Position numbers and translations under genes: made by a program. From positions 1 to 29,140 of the IMG/VR virus record IMGVR_UViG_3300022925_001747: a DNA stretch of 29,140 nucleotides. The stretch is one strand, 5' to 3'. The DNA comes from a virus (lineage: Duplodnaviria > Caudoviricetes). Positions 25,772 through 29,140 of this stretch are shown here, piece by piece. A model generated the notes under the pieces. That model was given only the letters and a program-made list of their open reading frames with translations. It made no database searches and was not told where the DNA came from. The first letter of the stretch is position 1, and every line of letters starts with the position of its first letter.

Positions 25772-25788
25772 AATACTATTTATTCTAT

Positions 25789-27897
25789 TTAATGTAGTCT
25801 TTGAACTTCTTTTGCAATACTTTGAGCATCCTGATGCATCACTTTATCGTCTGGATGTAAAAAATATAAGTATCTAAACAAATCTTCTGGTTGAAAAATA
25901 AATTTTGTTTCAAATGCTTTTTCAACTTCTTGGGTAATTTGTCTTTTAATTAAATCTCCTAACTCCATTGTTTTTAACTGCTCTATAGATTCATCTACTG
26001 CCGCTACCAAGTCCTTGGAATGATTGTATGATTCAAGAACTGATTTTGCATCATCAGGTGATTTTGTCTCTTGTAACTTTCTAAAAAACTCATTAGTGGT
26101 TCCGACTCTTATAGGAAGTTTGTCTGCATAGGATCTAAATATTGCAACAAATGTTTTTATAATATCTATACTTTCACTAATTGATAAAGACTCATATGGT
26201 TTATCTGGTAATAGTTTTAACAAGTAAGTACTGCCTAAAAGTTTAACTACATCTTGGTGTGTCATTTTATCTAACACATCTTGTGGTGGGAAATCTGGAT
26301 ATAATTCGTCTTTTGCTAATCTACCCAGCAAGACATTTTTCTTTGTCTTTTGGTCAAAAGCAACAATCCTATTAGGATATCGTCTCATTAAACTCTGCCA
26401 CAATCTTTGTGCAGATGGTGTTTGAGTGTAGTCCGAATATAATGGTACATTTTTCCAGGCACTAAAGGCTATGTATAGTTTTATTGCTCTGCCTTGTCCT
26501 TGTATGCTAGGATCTAGTGCTGTCGTTAAAACTTTGTATCCATCTTCATAACTTTCTAATGTTAGATATCCTAAAATTTCTTTTTTATACTGAGGACTGT
26601 TTGGATTATCTATGTGCTTTCTTCCTATTATAAAATCTTTAACTTTCTGTAAGAATGTTGCTTTTGGTGTATCCTCATAATTTACATTTTTTATGTAAAA
26701 TATATATAATGTTCCATCTTTATACCAAACCTCTGTAGGACTTTGTATTGTGGGTATGGGTCCTAAACTTTTGCCTGCACTATAATCTCTTTCTGGATCA
26801 AAATCATACTTAGGTGTTGTGTTAGTTGTAGCCGTAGTATATGCGTTTGTAGGATCACCCTTAAAAGTGTCTGCATCTCTTTTGTATGGTGCTTCTAATA
26901 AACGATTAAGTTTGTTTTTCCACTGTTGCTCTATGCTTTCTGTCTGCTTACTGCTTTGTAATTCAGGCATTGCATTTAACTGTTCTACTGAAAGGTCAGA
27001 TACTTTTAATACTGTAACTGTTTTGACTCCTAATCTATTTGCGGCTTCTAATCTGTGGTGACCATTTATTATTCTGTTGTCTTTATCTATTATTATAGGC
27101 TTGTCTTTGTATTTAGGATCTATATTTCCGTAAAAGTCATTCATTACTTTTCTAACTAAACCAGGTTTAAGATCCTTGTAGTCTTGGGAAGGCATTATTG
27201 AATCTGTACTAAAATCGTTTATTCTTGTATATTTTATTTTGTTTTTAATTAAGTCTGGTTCTTTGACTTGTACCATATCCTTTCTTGCTATGGGGTGTGC
27301 TGGGTTGGCAACTGCAATTTCATTTACAATATCTTCTTCCAACGAGTCTGCTAATCTTATAACACCACAAGCAACTCTATCGCCTGCATTACCTGTTTTT
27401 AAACTTTCGTCATCTCCGCCTTTGCCTAAGTCATCTTCGTCTTGATGTAAAACAAATGCTCTACCAACTACACTATATTCTCCTACTAGGTCTATTCTAG
27501 GAGCAATTATCTTAAATTTTGCAATACCATTTTGGTCTGCAACCACATTGCCTAAATCTCCTATGTGTCCTGATTTGATATCTCCGTGGTCAACACCGTG
27601 AGGGTTGTAATGTCCGCCTGCACTTTCACACCCCTTGCTGAGGTCACCAAATTCGTGTATATGAAATCCGTGTTTGCCTGGAGTTAGTCCTTTGAATATT
27701 CCCTTTATAACTGTTTCTTCATCAGGTTTTTGTGTTATTGTAGCATAACCTACGAAGCCATCTATTGACTTATGTTCAAATTCGCATACTGCTTTAACAG
27801 TTTCTTGTGCTTCTGTGACAGCATTTACTTTGTTGCATTGGCACTTCGACTCTTTTGTCCTAGGACATTTATCGACTACTATGCTTTTAAGTCTCAA
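25789..27897 (-). CDS. sodC: Multidomain protein: Cu/Zn superoxide dismutase + ParB/Srx-like + GNAT-like + unknown C-terminal domain
   Basis: SOD aa ~33-182 (HGFHIHEFGD, GGHYNP, DHG, HIGDLGN, VLH, GNAGDRVACGVI). ParB-like aa ~200-310 (PIIIDKDNRIINGHHR). GNAT-like aa ~440-520 (DPSIQGQGRAIKLY, SDYTQTPSAQRLW). TTG start. Confidence 0.85.
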   Translation of the reverse strand: MRLKSIVVDKCPRTKESKCQCNKVNAVTEAQETVKAVCEFEHKSIDGFVGYATITQKPDEETVIKGIFKGLTPGKHGFHIHEFGDLSKGCESAGGHYNPHGVDHGDIKSGHIGDLGNVVADQNGIAKFKIIAPRIDLVGEYSVVGRAFVLHQDEDDLGKGGDDESLKTGNAGDRVACGVIRLADSLEEDIVNEIAVANPAHPIARKDMVQVKEPDLIKNKIKYTRINDFSTDSIMPSQDYKDLKPGLVRKVMNDFYGNIDPKYKDKPIIIDKDNRIINGHHRLEAANRLGVKTVTVLKVSDLSVEQLNAMPELQSSKQTESIEQQWKNKLNRLLEAPYKRDADTFKGDPTNAYTTATTNTTPKYDFDPERDYSAGKSLGPIPTIQSPTEVWYKDGTLYIFYIKNVNYEDTPKATFLQKVKDFIIGRKHIDNPNSPQYKKEILGYLTLESYEDGYKVLTTALDPSIQGQGRAIKLYIAFSAWKNVPLYSDYTQTPSAQRLWQSLMRRYPNRIVAFDQKTKKNVLLGRLAKDELYPDFPPQDVLDKMTHQDVVKLLGSTYLLKLLPDKPYESLSISESIDIIKTFVAIFRSYADKLPIRVGTTNEFFRKLQETKSPDDAKSVLESYNHSKDLVAAVDESIEQLKTMELGDLIKRQITQEVEKAFETKFIFQPEDLFRYLYFLHPDDKVMHQDAQSIAKEVQRLH

Positions 27898-27898
27898 C

Positions 27899-29140
27899 TT
27901 ATACTCCTAGGTTAATTTTTGTTACTTGTTCTTTTGGCATTCTGCTTTTTGCAAAATGTCTCACAATTTCTCTGGCGTCACTCTTTGCCCCGTACTTGGC
28001 ATATAAGTCTTTAAATGCATCTAGCATTTCAGGTACGGGTAATGCCACAAAGGCTTTCATTTGTAGTTTATAATTGTTTACTGGGAATTCTGCAGACAGT
28101 ATATCATTTATATCTTTGACTCTGTCTACTTCAGTCATCATTAATGATTCCCTGATTGCATTTGCTTTGAGTGTTAATTTTAATTTGTGTTCTAAATCTT
28201 CGTTTGCTTTCTTCTTGCCACCTTTCATATTAGCACACCAGTGGTACATTTTTGCTTTCTCGCCACTACTGTTTTTTGCTTTTTTGCGTAGACTGGTTAC
28301 TGAACCTTTGCAACTTGCTCCACTACGTTTTACTCTGCCAGGACGACTTTTGCCTTTCACTTTGCCGTCAGCAAAGTTTTCTACATAATAACCTCGTTTG
28401 CTGTGATGATATAGTAATTCTTCTACATCATCATAGCCGTGTTTGTCTATATATTCTGTAGGATTTGTTTCTTCATCATTTACTAAGTAAATCTCATCTT
28501 TTGCAAAATGTTGGCTTTCGCCTTCATTTTTAAATATACGATAGTTCTTGCCGTCTTCGCTGGTTAAAAGGACACCGTCTTCTTGATCAATTGGTGCTTG
28601 AGTATTAAACTCTTCTGCGGCTCTTTCTGCTTCAGCATCTGAGAAGTAAGGTGGTGTACTATGTACACGATACTCACCTGGTGCGCCTTTGTTTATAGGA
28701 ACAACCTCTCCTTCATTCTTTACACAGTTAGGTACACGTTTACCAAACATTGTTTTCATACCTTTCTTTTTGTAGCCTTTCCAACAACGTGTTCCTTCTA
28801 GCACTTTAGATTTACTTACTATAAGCAACTGCTCTTCTAAAGGCAGTTTATCAAATCTATCAAACACACTTTCTTGATTTTGTCTTGCCATATTCATTCT
28901 TGCTGATGCTAACACAGATTGAAAGTCATCGAAAGCACCCATACCACTATCTGGTGTATTTGCAAGTGTATCTAATACTGCATTTTGAAAACGTCTGTCA
29001 TTACTTGCATTATTTAAAAATCCTACTAGGTCATTTACAGAACCTCTAGCCAAATAGTTCTGCATACCATTTCGCATCATTTCATCAAACTTAGGCCAAC
29101 GGTTTCTTGCTAAATCGTAATCTGAATTAAATTCTTTTTC
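27899..29140 (-). CDS. Large modular phage protein, 5'-truncated by the window edge
   Basis: The frame stays open upstream of 29080 to the edge (EKEFNSDYDLARNRWPKFDE-MMR...). Contains CWKGY...VPNCVK and NFADGK...HWCANMK modules. Confidence 0.8.
   Translation of the reverse strand, partial: EKEFNSDYDLARNRWPKFDEMMRNGMQNYLARGSVNDLVGFLNNASNDRRFQNAVLDTLANTPDSGMGAFDDFQSVLASARMNMARQNQESVFDRFDKLPLEEQLLIVSKSKVLEGTRCWKGYKKKGMKTMFGKRVPNCVKNEGEVVPINKGAPGEYRVHSTPPYFSDAEAERAAEEFNTQAPIDQEDGVLLTSEDGKNYRIFKNEGESQHFAKDEIYLVNDEETNPTEYIDKHGYDDVEELLYHHSKRGYYVENFADGKVKGKSRPGRVKRSGASCKGSVTSLRKKAKNSSGEKAKMYHWCANMKGGKKKANEDLEHKLKLTLKANAIRESLMMTEVDRVKDINDILSAEFPVNNYKLQMKAFVALPVPEMLDAFKDLYAKYGAKSDAREIVRHFAKSRMPKEQVTKINLGV

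Noticed and set aside
25789-27897. Eukaryotic virus (NCLDV) origin suggested by SOD1-type SOD and GH6
   Set aside because: Sigma70 promoters, SD sites, CCA-encoded tRNAs, PAAR, peptide deformylase and T4/proteobacterial-type nrdAB indicate a bacteriophage.
1470-28461. Numerous plus-strand ORFs of 60-154 aa in the ORF track (e.g. 1470..1907, 2625..2909, 18032..18346, 21255..21719, 28074..28388)
   Set aside because: All are antisense to well-supported minus-strand genes, with the S/L/F-rich composition of shadow frames and no SD or motifs.
1-29140. Alternative genetic code (stop-codon reassignment)
   Set aside because: Long conserved genes translate fully in the standard code, and TAA, TAG and TGA all terminate genes; the two breaks are frame changes, not in-frame stops.

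Overview
AT-rich, gene-dense segment, almost all on the minus strand, that reads as part of a large T4-like (myovirus-type) phage genome, probably aquatic. Phage indicators: nrdA/nrdB/glutaredoxin, a PAAR spike-tip gene, a tail-fibre-like protein, a PD-(D/E)xK exonuclease, four CCA-encoding tRNAs (Thr, Ala, Asp, Glu), three consensus sigma70 promoters and a recurring T4-late-like (T/A)ATAAATA motif. Accessory content includes a glycan-modification block (two GT-A glycosyltransferases, a GT-like protein, two sulfotransferases, a GH6 glycoside hydrolase and a 2OG-Fe(II)/cupin enzyme), a frameshifted peptide deformylase, and a PAAR / PP-loop ATPase / S8 protease / radical SAM run followed by a coupled array of micro-ORFs mostly missing from the ORF track. 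The most striking candidates are: (1) modular proteins whose domains (eukaryote-type Cu/Zn SOD, ParB/Srx, GNAT-like, nucleotidyltransferase, small Cys/basic modules) are separated by x-x-E motifs resembling prohead-protease sites, i.e. possible capsid-packaged effector polyproteins; (2) a systematic leaderless late-mRNA architecture; (3) an ArfA-like basic micro-protein with a dual promoter; (4) unexplained structured RNAs flanking tRNA-Glu. All family calls come from motif recognition by eye; no searches were run.
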